A stretch of DNA of 61,806 nt, the filler included, from Basidioascus undulatus (Eukaryota), in NCBI GenBank assembly GCA_000826855.1. It is 5 parts of 5 records of this genome, joined end to end, with 100 filler letters (N's around TTAATTAATTAA, not from the genome) between each part and the next. Parts side by side here need not be neighbours in the genome. Positions count along the whole stretch, not along the records: positions 1 to 12,309 come from JTLS01000924.1; 4 more parts are not named here. One strand, given 5' to 3'. This document shows positions 1 to 12,309 of the stretch, piece after piece. The translations under genes were made by a program, and so were the position numbers. Numbering within the stretch: position 1 is the stretch's first letter; each line of letters begins with the position of its first letter. A model generated the notes under the pieces. The model saw only the letters and a program-made list of their open reading frames with translations, was not told the DNA's origin and searched no databases.

Positions 1-112
1 GGGTACGTCGTCCTTCCCCCTTCCCCCCCTCCCCTCCCCTTTCCCCTTTCCCCTGTCCTCTTCCCCTCACCCTCTCCCCGTCCCCCACGTCTTAAAACTC
101 CGGTGTACCGAG

Positions 113-332
113 CAGTCGCCGGCGTCGTCGGCAACCCCGGCGAGACGATCATGGTGCGGATGCAGAATGACTATGCGAAGCCTGCCGCCGAGCGGCTGGG
201 TTACCGGAACGGGCTGCAGGGTCTGTGGCGGATGACCAGGGATGAGGGCCTACGCAGCTGGACGCGCGGCATGGGTCCCAATGTGCTCAGGAGCGTGTTG
301 ATGAATTCGAGCCAGATTCCGGCTTACGATTG
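113..332 (+). CDS. DIC1: Internal exon of a mitochondrial carrier, dicarboxylate carrier (DIC1/SLC25A10-like). Upstream exons lie off-contig and downstream exons were not found.
   Basis: Peptide AVAGVVGNPGETIMVRMQND...YRNGLQGLWRMTRDEGLRSWTRGMGPNVLRSVLMNSSQIPAYDW matches the second carrier repeat of DIC/OGC/UCP carriers. It is flanked by an intron from GTACGT at 3 to AG at ~112-115 and by a GTGAGT donor at 333. Confidence 0.75.
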
Positions 333-368
333 GTGAGTCCTCTATGGAGGAAAGGGGGACGGGGATAG

Positions 369-1691
369 GAAGATAGGATCCTGAGGGAGCATAAATTCTG
401 CAATGTATTTAGGGTCAACGATCGGAATACACAGTTTATCATTGGGAGGGTTATTGGGGAGGGGGACCAGGGGGCGGAGGAAATGTGCTGTGCGCCCCAC
501 TTGCCTCCCTCCCACCGTCCGACAAGCTTAACATTCGTCCTGCGCCCACAGTCCGCGTCATCCTCTTCCGCCTGTTCAACCGCATCGAGACCTGGGAGCT
601 CCTCTCTTCCTCACTGGGCCCCCTCAAATACTCGACCTTCACGCCCGCCTCGTACGAGGCCGTCCTCGTCCGCGCCTCCCGCGCGGGGACGCCGCTCTAC
701 TCCCCGGCATACATCATCCCCGCCCCCTCCTTCGGGTACTGTTCGAACGCGTCGAACCACCTGCGCCTCCTGTCCCTCCTCATGTCCACTTCCCTCCCCT
801 CTACCCTCGCCGCCCAGACACACCTTCAAGACGCCATCGCCCTCCTCCGCGCGTACCCCTCCCTCGGGGACTTTACCGCGCTCCAGGTCCTCCTCGATCT
901 GAACATGACGCCCTTTGTTAATCTGCCGGAGAACGAGTACGTCGTTTGCGGGCCGGGGAGCCGCGCGTGCCTGGATAAGATGTTTGGCCCGCGCGTGCGG
1001 GTGGTGGAGCTGCAGGCGATGCGGTGGTTGGAGCGCACGCAGGGGGAGCACTGGGCGCGGGTTGGGGTGTCCGACATCCCCTGCGTTGCGGAGGGGCGGA
1101 GGAGGGGAGTGACCCTCGTGGATATCGAGCATGCCTTGTGCGAGGCGGAGAAGTACGCGCGCGTCGCGCACCCGTCCCTCAAGTCCTCCTCCTCCAAAAC
1201 CCAAATCAAGGGGGGGACTTTCCGACCCTCCCGCGCGCCCCTCACGGCGCACGCCCCACCCTCCTGGCCCCCCGTCGACCCCCTCGCGCGCGCTGGCGCG
1301 CCCCCGGAGCCCGAGGGAGACCCGCAGGACCCGGCGTACGAGGTCGAACGCATCGTGGATCAGCGAGGGGAGGAGGCGGGGAGGGAGTATAGAGTGAGGT
1401 GGGTGGGCTATGGGCCGAAGGAGGACACGGGAGGGCGAGCGGGAGCTGGGGGAGAGCGCGGGGGAGGTGGTAAGGGAGTGGAGGGAGTGGAAGGACGGGT
1501 TGGAGAGGCGGGTGGAGGAGATTAAGAGGGGCGCGAGGAGGGAGAAGGGGAAGGAGAAGGGGGGGAGGAGGGCGATGAGGGAGAGGAGGAGGTCCACCCC
1601 TGCCCCGGCGCCGACGCAGCCGGCGGTTTCGACGCGCTCGAGTAGGAGGGAGGCGAGAAGCCCCACGGGGAAGTGGGCGTCGGGGCTGTAG
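369..1691 (+). CDS. aGPT-PPlase1 / 5-hmdU DNA kinase helical-domain protein fused to a C-terminal chromodomain. It is 5'-incomplete and has an apparent 2-bp frameshift at ~1429.
   Basis: Exon 369-489 (EDRILREHKFCNVFRVNDRNTQFIIGRVI..EEMC) joins through a GT-AG intron 490-551 to FRVILFRLFNRIETWELL...LYSPAYIIPAP...NHLRLL...LGDFTALQVLLDL...VVCGPGSRACLDKMFG...DIEHALCEAEKYAR. This is followed by YEVERIVDQR..EYRVRWVGYGPKEDT[W]EGERELG..EVVREW (chromodomain). Restoring 2 nt rebuilds DTWE and leads to the stop at 1691. Confidence 0.75.
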
Positions 1692-2308
1692 ACTCGGTTT
1701 CGTAGACTGTATCGGGTTGAAGATGATGGAAGGACAGACGCTGCTCTTATCCTGGGGACGTTGCTTTCGCTTTGGGCGTGTTGCTTTCGCATTAGGGTCG
1801 CAGGCTTGTCTGCAGTACTTGCAAAAATGCCGTAGACTGCTCGATATGCGCTATCTCGTTGTGAGGTGGATGGGACGCTGTGGAGTGTTTGAGGACGGGA
1901 CGCAGCCTGCAAGACACGACGCCGCGAAGGCTGTAAAGGACTCCCGGCCTTCGTCGCAGAAGATGAACAGAGACAGAGATCTCTGCATCAGCATCTGTTA
2001 ACATGAACAACTTGCCATGACAGTATTAATGCATTGATTTTCACTGCAGCGACCCTGAAGTGTTAGCTTGCCTGCGTTGATTTCTTTGACACGCGCCCCT
2101 TGCCTGCCCGCCCTCGCCGAGCTTGCGCCCCGACGCGCTTTTCCTCTTGCTCGCCTCGCCCTTGCTGCTGGCTCATCATCCACCTTCCTTGCCGCGTACC
2201 CTCCCCATCCACACCGGCGCACCCATCCATCCGCGACCTCTTTCTACGCATCTCCCTTTTTCTTCTAGTTCGTGTTATCATCGCCCCCGCACCCCCCACG
2301 CCCCAGCC

Positions 2309-5300
2309 ATGAGCGTCGACGCTAGCACCCTCCTTGCCAACTCGCTCTCGCCGGGTGCGTTTGCCTTTATTCCTCATCTCGAGTCCGGTGTGGTCTCTTA
2401 CACTTGCGGTTGGGATCGACAGACGCCGCCATCCGCGCGTCGGCGACGCAGCAGCTCGAGCAGGCGAGCAATGACAACTTCGTGCGTCTCCTCGCATCTT
2501 CCCTCCTTTCCCCCACCCTCCTTTCGTTTGAGATGGACCCAGAGAAGGAGGAAGCTGAATCTGCTACATAATTCGTACATAGCCCGGCTACGTCCTCACG
2601 CTCGCGCAAGAACTCGCAAACGACGGACAGCAGCCGCATATCCGTCAAGCGTCCGGCATCGCGCTCAAGAACGCCCTCTCCGCCAAGGTGAGCCCTCAAT
2701 CCCTTCTACACCTCTTTCCTCCAGCCAGCTAACACTGTCCTCCTATACAGGACGCCGCCCGGCAAGCCGCGCAAGCCGAGCGGTGGCTGACGCTTGACGC
2801 CGGCGCGCGCTCGCAGATCAAGTCGGCCACGCTCGCGACGCTCTCGACCAAGGCCGTCGGCAACGCCGCCGCCCAGGTCGTCGCCGCCGTCGCCACGATT
2901 GAGCTCCCCGTCGACCAGTGGCCCGAGCTCATCCCCGGCTTGCTCGCCAACGTCGCCGACGCCGCGGACGAGGCGAAGCGCATCTACACCCTCATGGCGA
3001 TTGGCTTTGTGTGCGAGAGTGTCGTACGTCTGCGTTTCTCTTCGTCTGGGAGCTGCAGAGGACAGGAAAAGGGTGGAGGAAGGAAGAGATGATGGTGTAC
3101 AGGTCGTGAATGCTAATGTGGTGCGGGACTGAACAGTCTCCGGCGGCGCTGCAGGCTCGGTCAAACGAGATCTTGACAGCCGTCGTGCAGGGTGCGCGGA
3201 AGGAGGAGCCCTCGGCGGAGGTCCAGCATGCGGCCATCACCGCGCTGCTGAACTCGCTCGAGTTTGTGCGGGAGAACTTTGAGCGCGAGGTGCGTCTATC
3301 CCCCTCAACTAGTCCTTAACGCCGCCCACTCAACGCTGAACGGGTTGTGTGGATTTGTGCAGGGCGAGCGGAACTACATCATGCAGGTCGTGTGCGAGGC
3401 GACGCAGTCGGCGTTGACGGAGGTCCAGATCGGCGCATTCAAGTGTCTCGTCAAGATCATGCAACTCTACTACGACAAGATGGGCTTCTACATGGAGCGC
3501 GCGCTGTTCGGCCTCACCGTCCTCGGCATGCGCCACCAGGAGGAGGGCGTCGCGCTCCAGGCGATCGAGTTCTGGAGCACCGTCTGCGACGAGGAGATCG
3601 AGCTCGCTATCGAGGCTGCTGACGTGCGTCGTTTCTCCTCCTCTCCGGGGTTGGAATGGGAGAAAAGGAGAATGAGAGTATGGATCGCTGATGGCTGATC
3701 GTTGTATGGCTTGTGTTTTGATCAGGCTGCAGAGTACGGCGAGCCGCCCGAGCGTGAGTCCAAGAACTTCGCCAAGGTCGCGCTGCCCGAGATCCTACCC
3801 GTGCTGCTGCAGCTGCTGGCGCAGCAGGACGAGGACGCGACGGACGACGAGTGGACGGTCTCGATGGCGGCAGGGACGTGTCTCTCGCTCCTCGCGCAGA
3901 CCGTCGGGGACGCGATCGTCCAGCCCATCATCCCCTTCGTCGAGTCGCACATCCGCTCCGCGGACTGGCACCAGCGAGAGGCGGCTGTGATGGCGTTCGG
4001 GTCCATCCTCGACGGGCCGGACGCGCGCGTGCTCGCCCCTCTCGTCGCGCAAGCTTTGCCGACGCTCATCGAGATGATGCGCGACCCGCACGTGCACGTG
4101 AAGGACACGACGGCGTGGACGCTCGGGCGGATCTCGGACCTCCTCGTGCAGACTATCAAGCCCGACGTGCACTTGCACGAGCTCGTCTCTGCGCTCGTTG
4201 CGGGACTGGACGACAGCCCCAAGATCACGGGAAACTGCTGCTGGAGCTTGATGAACCTCGCGGAGCAGCTGCCGGGCCAGGAGGACGCCGAGGGAAAGAT
4301 CCAGAGCACCCCGCTCAGCCCGTACTTTGAGGGGATCATCACCGCGCTCATGCGCGTCACCGAGCGGTGCGTGCGCCTTCCTCCCTCCTCCCTTCCCTCC
4401 CCGGGGCCTTCCTTGCCGCATGTGGCTGATGCGGGATGCGGGATAGGGGCACGAACGAGAACAACTCGCGCACGTCGGCGTACGAGGCCATCTCGACGCT
4501 CGTGATGCATGCGCCGCAGGACGCGCTCGAGACCGTCTCGAAGCTCACCGTCGCCGTGCTCGACCGGATGGAGACGCTCTTGGGCATGCAGAACCAACTC
4601 CTCGGCGCAGACGACCACGCTAACTGGAACGAGCTCCAGAGCAACCTGTGCTCGGTGCTTACCGTGCGTCGTTTCCCCCTCTTCCCCTTCCCCTTCTCTT
4701 CCCTTCTCTCCCCTGTTCTCCCCTTCTGTCGGAGATCGAAATCGCCCTCGTCCCTTGGCCTTGGCTTGGCTTGTTCGTAGCTGGTGCTAATTGGGAGGGT
4801 TCGGCGCCCGCAGTCTCTGATCCGCCACCTCAACCGCGACATCCGCCCGCTTGCGGACAGGATCATGACTATTCTGCTTCGCCTCATCCAGTCTGCGGGC
4901 AAGCACTCGACCGTCCTCGAGGACGCGTTCCTCGCTGTCGGCGCCCTCACTTCCGGTACGCTTGCTTCTCTTCTCTTTGCTGCCTTGCCGCAGCTGTTGA
5001 CGTCCGCCCTACCCCGCCCCGCAGCGCTCGAGAGCGACTTCCACCCGTACCTCGAGGCGTTCCTCCCCTTCCTGTACGAGGCGCTCAAGGCGACGGAGGA
5101 GTACGCGCTGTGCTCGATCGCCGTCGGGCTGATTGGGGACGTCTGCCGCGCGCTCGGCGAGGCGTGCGGCCCCTACTGCAACTCGTTCATGAACGTCCTC
5201 CTCGAGAACCTCGCGAGCCCCGTCATCCACCGCTCCGTCAAGCCCCCCATCCTCTCCTGCTTCGGCGACATCGCACTCGCGATTGGCGGACAGTTCGAGC

Positions 5301-5937
5301 CGTACTTGGAGGTCACGATGAACGTGCTCGCTCAGGCGGGCACCGTCGTGCCGGACCCGGTGCGTTGTGTTCGACAGACTGCGCGTGTGTTTCTTGTACG
5401 CTGACTAGAAGTTCGGGTGGCAGATGAACTTTGACCTCGTCGAGTACATTGCCTCCCTACGGGAGGGCCTGCTCGAGGCGTACGTCGGCATCGTCACCGG
5501 ACTCAAGTCCGCGGACAAGGGTAAGTCTCCGTCCACTCTCACCATGCTCTCCCACCCGGCTAACGCGCCCATCTCCACGTCCAGCGAACCTCATCCTCCC
5601 GTACGTCCCGAGCATGATGACGTTCATCGCGCTCTGCGCGAACGACCAGGAGCGCACGCTCGCCGTGACGTCCTCGGCCGTGGGCCTGCTCGGCGACATC
5701 GCCGAGGCCTTCCCGCGCGGCGAGGTCGGCGACCTCTTCCGCCAGGAGTGGGTCCTCGTCTTCATCAAGTACGCCCGCACCCGCGGCGGTTCCGAGACCG
5801 TGCGCCGGACCGCCAAGTGGGCGCGCGAGGTGCGTGGCTGCTCTTCTACTCTTTCTTTGACTTCACCTTGCGTTGGTTTGTATGTTGATGTTGGTGCTGC
5901 GCTCGAACAGATGGTCCGCCGCGCGACATCCGCGTAA
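2309..5937 (+). CDS. KAP95: Importin subunit beta-1 (karyopherin beta), multi-exon
   Basis: Motifs [67 protein letters not shown] and [20 protein letters not shown] at 2309, TAA ending 5937, canonical introns. Confidence 0.97.
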
Positions 5938-6732
5938 ACACCCCCGCCCGCACGCCCTCTCCCAACCTCCCCCGATACCCCCCGCCCGTTTCTTTCTTCG
6001 CTCGTGCTCTACTCGTACATACGCTCCCGTTCCATCCCCGATACCGCGTCTAAAGGACACAACAACCAACATCACGCCCGTCGCATCCCGCATTATCGAT
6101 CTCGGCATCTGCTCTGCTCTTCTTTCCATCCATATCCATCATTCCCGCCTTCATGACCCACGCTCGAACGACACGACGCACACGCACCCCGCACGTCCCT
6201 CTCCTACTCCTCCCGCCCCCTTTTGTTTATTATCGATCAAGAGCGCTCCTTACGGGAACCGTTTCCGTCGACCGCCGCTGCACCACTCCATCTCATTGCT
6301 TCGTTCCCCCCTTTCCCCTTTTCGATTTTCTTTAGTATCTCTGTTCAGGGTAGTCGTCGTCCATCGTTTGTCGTATTCATCACATCACCTCATTTGGCTT
6401 TATGCGCGCACTCCTGTCGGGGGTTTCATCGTGCTCGATCTCTTTGGGAATGCCTTCTCTCCTTCGTCTCTTTGCTTTTCTTCATTTGGGCCGAGAATCT
6501 TCTTCGTTTCCCTCCGCCTTTCTTCGTGCAAACCGCCCCATCTCTTTTCTTTTTCATATCGCGTAGCAGCAATCTAGAAACTAGTCCACCCATCTTCACA
6601 CCCATCTTCTTTCGTGCGCCCGCATCCGAAAATGTACAGCTGAGGCCTTCGCACTGCAACAGAATGCATCACCGACTCGCGGTCGGCGTGTCTGAGATAG
6701 ACTTTTTCGCTTGCCATCTGGCGTGTGCATTC

Positions 6733-6917
6733 GCAGAGCTTGTTTGAGAGGCAGACAAAAGTGCAAGAGGCAATGCGGGAAATGGATACGAGTACAACCA
6801 TGAGCAGCGCGAGGCAATCCGGGGACATCGTGTATGGGCAGAGCTATTTCGAAAGGCAGAACATGGTGCAGAGGCAATGCGGGCAATGAATACGAATACA
6901 AACATGGGCAGTGCGAA
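6733..6917 (+). repeat. Degenerate tandem duplication with a 105-bp period (~1.75 copies)
   Basis: gcagagcttgtttgagaggcagacaaaagtgcaagaggcaatgcgggaaatggatacgagtacaaccatgagcagcgcga at 6733 aligns with gcagagctatttcgaaaggcagaacatggtgcagaggcaatgcgggcaatgaatacgaatacaaacatgggcagtgcga at 6838. Confidence 0.85.
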
Positions 6918-7005
6918 AACGTGGTTGGTATATTGTGAGTGATGCTTAACAGTGCGTGCAATGAGGGTTCAGATAAGGGAATGAGGAGAACGTGAGGTGG
7001 AGGGA

Positions 7006-10000
7006 TCAAGTGCTTCCACCCGCCGCAGCGAGCTGTGAAGTCCAAAATGCAAGGCCGTTCGTCGTCCGCTCGTTGATGTAGGCGCTGGCGCGGTCGAGCA
7101 GCTTGCGGACCACGCCAAGGCTGAAGCGCTTGTACGTCTCGCGGTCGAGGTGCGCGTCCTCCAAAGTAGAACACACGTCCTGGGAAGATTGCAGGAGTTG
7201 GTCATTCTCCAACGGGTCTTTGGTCACGAGTGTGCTCGTGCCGTACCTTGTAGTTGTCTTCCATGGCGACGAGCATCCCGGTGATGCAGCCGTAGATGAC
7301 GGACTTGTTCTTGAAGTTTTGCCCGTCGGTACGAGCGAGCTCGGACGCGACGTTGACGAAGACAGCTGCGCAACAAGCAAGTCCTCTCAGCTCCACAACA
7401 GGCGAATCGGAACGAAGAGTACGCACCGTCGAGCAAGCCGAGTCGCTGATCCTCCAGCTGCTCCTCTGTCAACGAGATGGTGTTGCGTCCTGGCACGGGC
7501 ACGCAGGGCAGGTTAACGAGGAGAGGGTGCGGCTCCGGCTGAGCGCGGTCGAGGTTGAGAAGCGTCGAGGTATAAGTGTGTTCGGACGAGATTTCGCGAG
7601 CAACGAGACACGTGAACCAGACCTCCAAGAACTGGGGGCGGAGGCCCTGCAGAAGTAGGCGGTATCAGCATCTCGCTTGGGTAGCGGAACGGCGGCAACG
7701 TACGTGGTAGGCCTCCGGGGCGAGGAAAGCGATGCGACGCATTAGCCGCAAGCCAACGTGCTGCCTTCCGGCAACGTCGGCGATGCGCTTGTACGACTCG
7801 GCGCCGTACATGAGATAGCTCGTCCAGTCCTGCGGTCCGCGCAAGGTATCGATAAGCAACGCGCTTTTGCGAGAGGGATGAAGCGAGACATACGGCCATA
7901 TCGTGCTGCACGAGGACGTGGCAGCAGCCAGCCCAGCAGTCGACGACCTTGTCCACGTACTCGCGACGGTCGGCCGCGCTTCGAGTATCGACGCCCGGCA
8001 TGTAGATGTTGGACAGCACGCGGTACAGGGCAGGCGAGATGGTGGACTTGACGATCTTTTCGATTCGATGGGGAAAGGGTATCAGCCGAATCGCGAGCAA
8101 ATACAGATGAGGCGTGAAGCCTCACCTCCGCAAACTCCCGGTCCTTCGCCTTCAGAAGGTCTTCCGCAACCTCGGCGTCGTCGGCGACGCCGCCGCCGAG
8201 GAGAGCGTTGAGCGCGGGGTCGTTGAGGTCGATGTCGAACGCGCCAAACTCGTCCTCCTGGCTCTCGTCCTCGACGACAGCGAGCGCCGGCGGAGGATGC
8301 GGGACGGCGTTGGGCAGTGCTTCCGCGCGGTAGTCGAGGAAGGCTTGGACGCATTTGAGGACCTCGAGGCCGATGTCTGGCGTCAGGGCGAGTGGCGAAG
8401 TGAGGATGCTCTTGGTCCACGCTGCCGGACAAGAACATGGTCAGCACGCAGCGAGATTGCAGCCCAGAGGTAAGGCGACGTACATGGATGCAAGAGGATC
8501 GGATCCGGATAGGAGCGCGACTGGTTGCGGGAGCTGTCGAGCCCGGACGCGCTGATAACGTGCTGGATCGAGCGGAGGACCATCTGGACCGTCATCGCGA
8601 TGTCCTGTTTCTCGCGCGAGCGGCCGTGCCTTCGCTCGGCGGGCGGCAGCTTGGCCTGCTCCTTCTCGACATCCGCGAGCTCTTTGAGGAGGACTTCGGT
8701 CATCTGCGCGAACCACTCGACGACGGGCTGGAGGTCGAGCGCGTGGTGGCGGTGCAGGACGGCCATGTACATCATCGCGCGGACGGCGATGCGGCGGCTG
8801 CCCCAGTCCGCGTCGGCGAAGCGGAGGAAGCCCTTGGCCTGCGCGAGACGCGGGCGCGCACCCGACGGCTGGAGGTAGAGCAGCATCATCGCCAGGCTGT
8901 AGTGATTGATGAGGATGGAGAGCTCGCGCGCGGACGCGGGCGATTCGCGCGTGAAGCCCATCGTCCGCGTCGGGCTGACGCGCGAGACGAGCCGGTTGAG
9001 CGTCTTGGTGCGCTCGCGGTCTGAGAGTGCCGCGGAGGCGTTGATGTCGGCGAACGCGCGGCCGAGGAGCTTGAGGAAGATGTGGAACGCCGTGTCGGAG
9101 CGGTCGAGCTCGCCGCTGAGGCTCGCGTCGTATTTGCGGATGAAGGCTGGGAAGTCGTGCTTCTTCTCGACGACGAGGTTCTGCAGTCGGCGCGAGTTGA
9201 GGATGTCGAACAGGCGCGCGAGAATGCCGCCATGGGCATCGAGCTTCCAATGCCACTTGGATGCCAGGACGAGACAGCGCGCGAAGACGGTTCGGACGTA
9301 TCGATCGCGCTGGGCGAGCGCGACGCCGGATCTCCCGCGCTCGGCCTGCTCATTCGCGGACTTGAGGTTGACGTGCCCCAGCGCAGCCGAGATGAGCGTC
9401 CAGTCCGGTCCGAGCCGCGGCTGCGCGCTCGCCACTCCCGTCGCCGAGAACTGCGCGGCGGCACAGAGCGCAAAGACGAGGTACCACGTGGCCTCGGCCG
9501 CGAGGATCGGCGGCCTACCGGGATGCGAAGACATGTGGTCCGCGATCGCGGGCGCGACGACGTCCCAGAGCGTTGAGCCCGCCGCACGCCTCTGCCCGAG
9601 ATGGACGAGCGCGACCCAGAGCTCAAGCGCGCGCTCGTCGATGAGGGTCGTGCGGATGTTGTCCGGTGTGAGGGTCTTGAGCGGGCGGACCGCCTCGTGC
9701 ACGCCGCGCTCGAGCAGCCGGCCAGCAAGCCGCGCCATCGCCGCGTCCAGCGCATCGTCCTCCCCCAAGCCGCCCGTCGTGCGGAATGCGAACTCGACTG
9801 CGAACCATTCGAGCTCGAGGAGGATATTGGCAGAGCTAGCGCGGGTGAGCGCGCGCTGGGCGTCCTCGTCGAGCGCGGCGAGGCGGTCGTGCAAATGGTC
9901 GAGCTGCGAGAAGACGCTGAGGCGCAGGTCGTCCTCGTCCCCCTCGCGTCCGGCGATCTTCGTCGCGTAGAGACAGAGGAACCGCAGGGTATTTTCCACG

Positions 10001-12309
10001 TCGGGCGGGACGGCCTTGCTCGGCGGGTCCTCCGCTCGGATCGCGTCGAAGATCGCGTCGAACAGCGCAGGCAGCGCGTCCCCGACGGCGGCGGCGTCGA
10101 AGTCGGCGCTGAGCGGCTGGCCGAACGGCGTGCACGCTCTGGGGGTTGGACGAGGGGCGAGCAGGTCGGGCGGCTTGTCCACGGCCAGGAGCTCGTGCAG
10201 CCGGCCCTTGCCGATCATCGTCGAGTCGGCGAAGCGCGCACCGGAAGGAAGCGGGCGGATCCCAAAGTCGAGCGACGAGTCGCCGACCTGCGCCCAGCCC
10301 TCGCCGTCCTGCTGCTGCTCCGCTTCGTCCGGCCGGAACATCGCTGTGCGCGGCGGAGCAGGGGGAGGGATGGGGCCCGCGGCTGGGACGTCCGCAGCTG
10401 CACCGCCGGCTGGCCGGCGGCGGCGGCGGGGCACAGTCGCAGCGGTCGCGAATGACCGGGTCGGCTTCTTGGCCGCCACCGCTGCGACTCTGCGCGCGGG
10501 TGAGGCGACGGGGAACGAGAAGATCGACTCGTCGTCGTCGATGACGATCGTGGGGCGGTGGACCTCGCTGGGTGTGCGAGAGAATGCGCGTGCGCTCGTG
10601 AACGTCGAGGTCCTCGGCGGGGCGGGGTTGAAGGGCAGCCGAGTCTGCTTCGGACTCCCCCCACCACCGCCTCCGCGGGCTCGGCTCGTCCCGCCGCCAC
10701 CGCCGCCGCCGCTCCTCCTCTTCCCGCCATCGACGAGCCGGTCCTTCTTCCCCTTCTTCTTCTTCCCTCCCGGGCCAGGGCGTTTCCGCGGGCCCGCCGC
10801 GCGCGTCAGCATGCGGTCGATAAAGTCCCCCCCGACAGCGCGGAGCTCGCGCTCCTCCTCCGAGTCCCCATCCTCGACGAGCCAGCCCCTCACGCCCGCG
10901 CCACCATCCTCGCTCGCGCTGTCGCTGCTGTCCTCCACCTCGATGACGGGCTCTGAGCCGGAAGACTCCTCGCCCCCGAGCGCGGCCCAGTCGCGTGTTG
11001 CGGCCCCACCCCCACCGCGGCGGACATGCGACTTGCCCGGTCGGAGCTCGCCGTCCTCCTCCTCGTCCCCCGCCGCGGCGGCGGGGGTCGACGAGCGCCA
11101 GCGCGCCCGGCGCGCAGCGGCCTCCTGCTCCTTGCGCATGAGCTCGAGGTCCGCGAGCGCGCGCTTGGCGAACACGCCCGGCATCGAGCGCGAGAGGAAG
11201 CGCCGGCGCTGCTCGTCCAGGATCGCTTGCTCCTCCTCGTCGGCTTCGCGTCGTCGACGAGCCGCGAGGGAGTCCGGCTGCTCCTCGTCCTCGTCGGAGG
11301 AGGAGGAAGAGACGGAGATATGTCGAGGTCCGCGCGCGGGGGAAGCGTGTCCACGTCGCCGGGGAGTCTGGGATTGGGACTGCGACTGCGAGGGGTCGGA
11401 GGAGTAATCGCGACGCGCATCGGAGGGCGGTTCGGAGGGCGGGAGCGAGACGCTTCGGGAAACGACGCGGGAGGTCGACGCAGCGGCGTTCTGGGAGGGA
11501 TGGAGCGTCAGCGACGATCACTCTTTGGCCAAACCGCGAGTACGCACGTTTGAACGAGGGGCGAGCTGGACAAGCCAATCCAAGTCAGCATAGGATCCCC
11601 GTCAGAACGTAGAGATGCAACAACACAAACTCACCGCCGGCCTCTTCGTCTTCTTCCTCCTCCTCCCCTCCTTCTCAGCACCAGCCCTCTTCTTCCCCTT
11701 CTCCCCCCTGTCCTCTCCCTCTACCCCGCTACTCTCGCTCTCGCTCAGCTCACCGCCAAACATCCCCACAATCTCCCTCTCCACCTCCCTCCTCCGTCTT
11801 CTCTCCTCCTCCTTCCTCCTCCTCTCCTCCCTTCTGCGCGCCTTCTCCTCCCATTGCCTTCTCGCCTCTTCGCTCTCTCCCTCATCCGGCTCCATCCACC
11901 CGTCCGCCAGATCAAACTGGTCCTCGACCACCGCAGCACCGGCAGGGCGGTGCCCCCCGCCGCGAGGGGCACGCACCACCGCGTCCTCCCACCCGTTCCG
12001 GAGGAGCGCACGCTGGTACCGCGCGTGCTCGAGCGTGAAGGGGTTCTGCTGCGCCGGCTTGCGCGCGCGGAGGGCGCGCCGCGGGGGGGTGGGCTTGAGG
12101 AGCTCCGCGGGCAGGGGGGGGTCGGGGACGTGGGGTGCGGCGGAGGGAGAGACGGAGGGGATGGAGGTTCCCGCCCCGCCACCGCTGCGGTTTGGTTGGG
12201 GCGTGGACTCCGTGGATAGGGGAGTGAAGAGCCGGGAGGGGGAGGTGCGCTGGGCGGCGGGTGACGGGGAGGGAGACAGTCGCTGTGCAGCGGGCGAGGG
12301 GAAGGGGGA
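7006..12309 (-). CDS. MMS22: Mus7/MMS22-family replication-fork repair protein; 5' end truncated by the contig edge
   Basis: N-terminal RALRARKPAQQNPFTLEHARYQ. The 933-aa ORF (8383-11184) contains DFGIRPLPSGARFADSTMIGKGRL, EATWYLVFALCAAAQF, LFDILNSRRLQNL...FPAFI...DTAFHIFLKLL and ELSILINHYSL. Further spliced exons run to the stop at 7006. Confidence 0.85.

Noticed and set aside
1336..1500. Chromodomain as the end of a chromovirus (Ty3/Gypsy) integrase
   Set aside because: There is no integrase, RT or LTR nearby, and it is in frame with the upstream aGPT-PPlase-like domain.
9836..11578. Long alternative-frame and antisense ORFs (580 aa here; similar ones over KAP95, MOT1 and the OSCA gene)
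   Set aside because: These are shadow ORFs caused by high GC3 codon bias over real genes, giving Arg/Pro/Ala-rich products without motifs.
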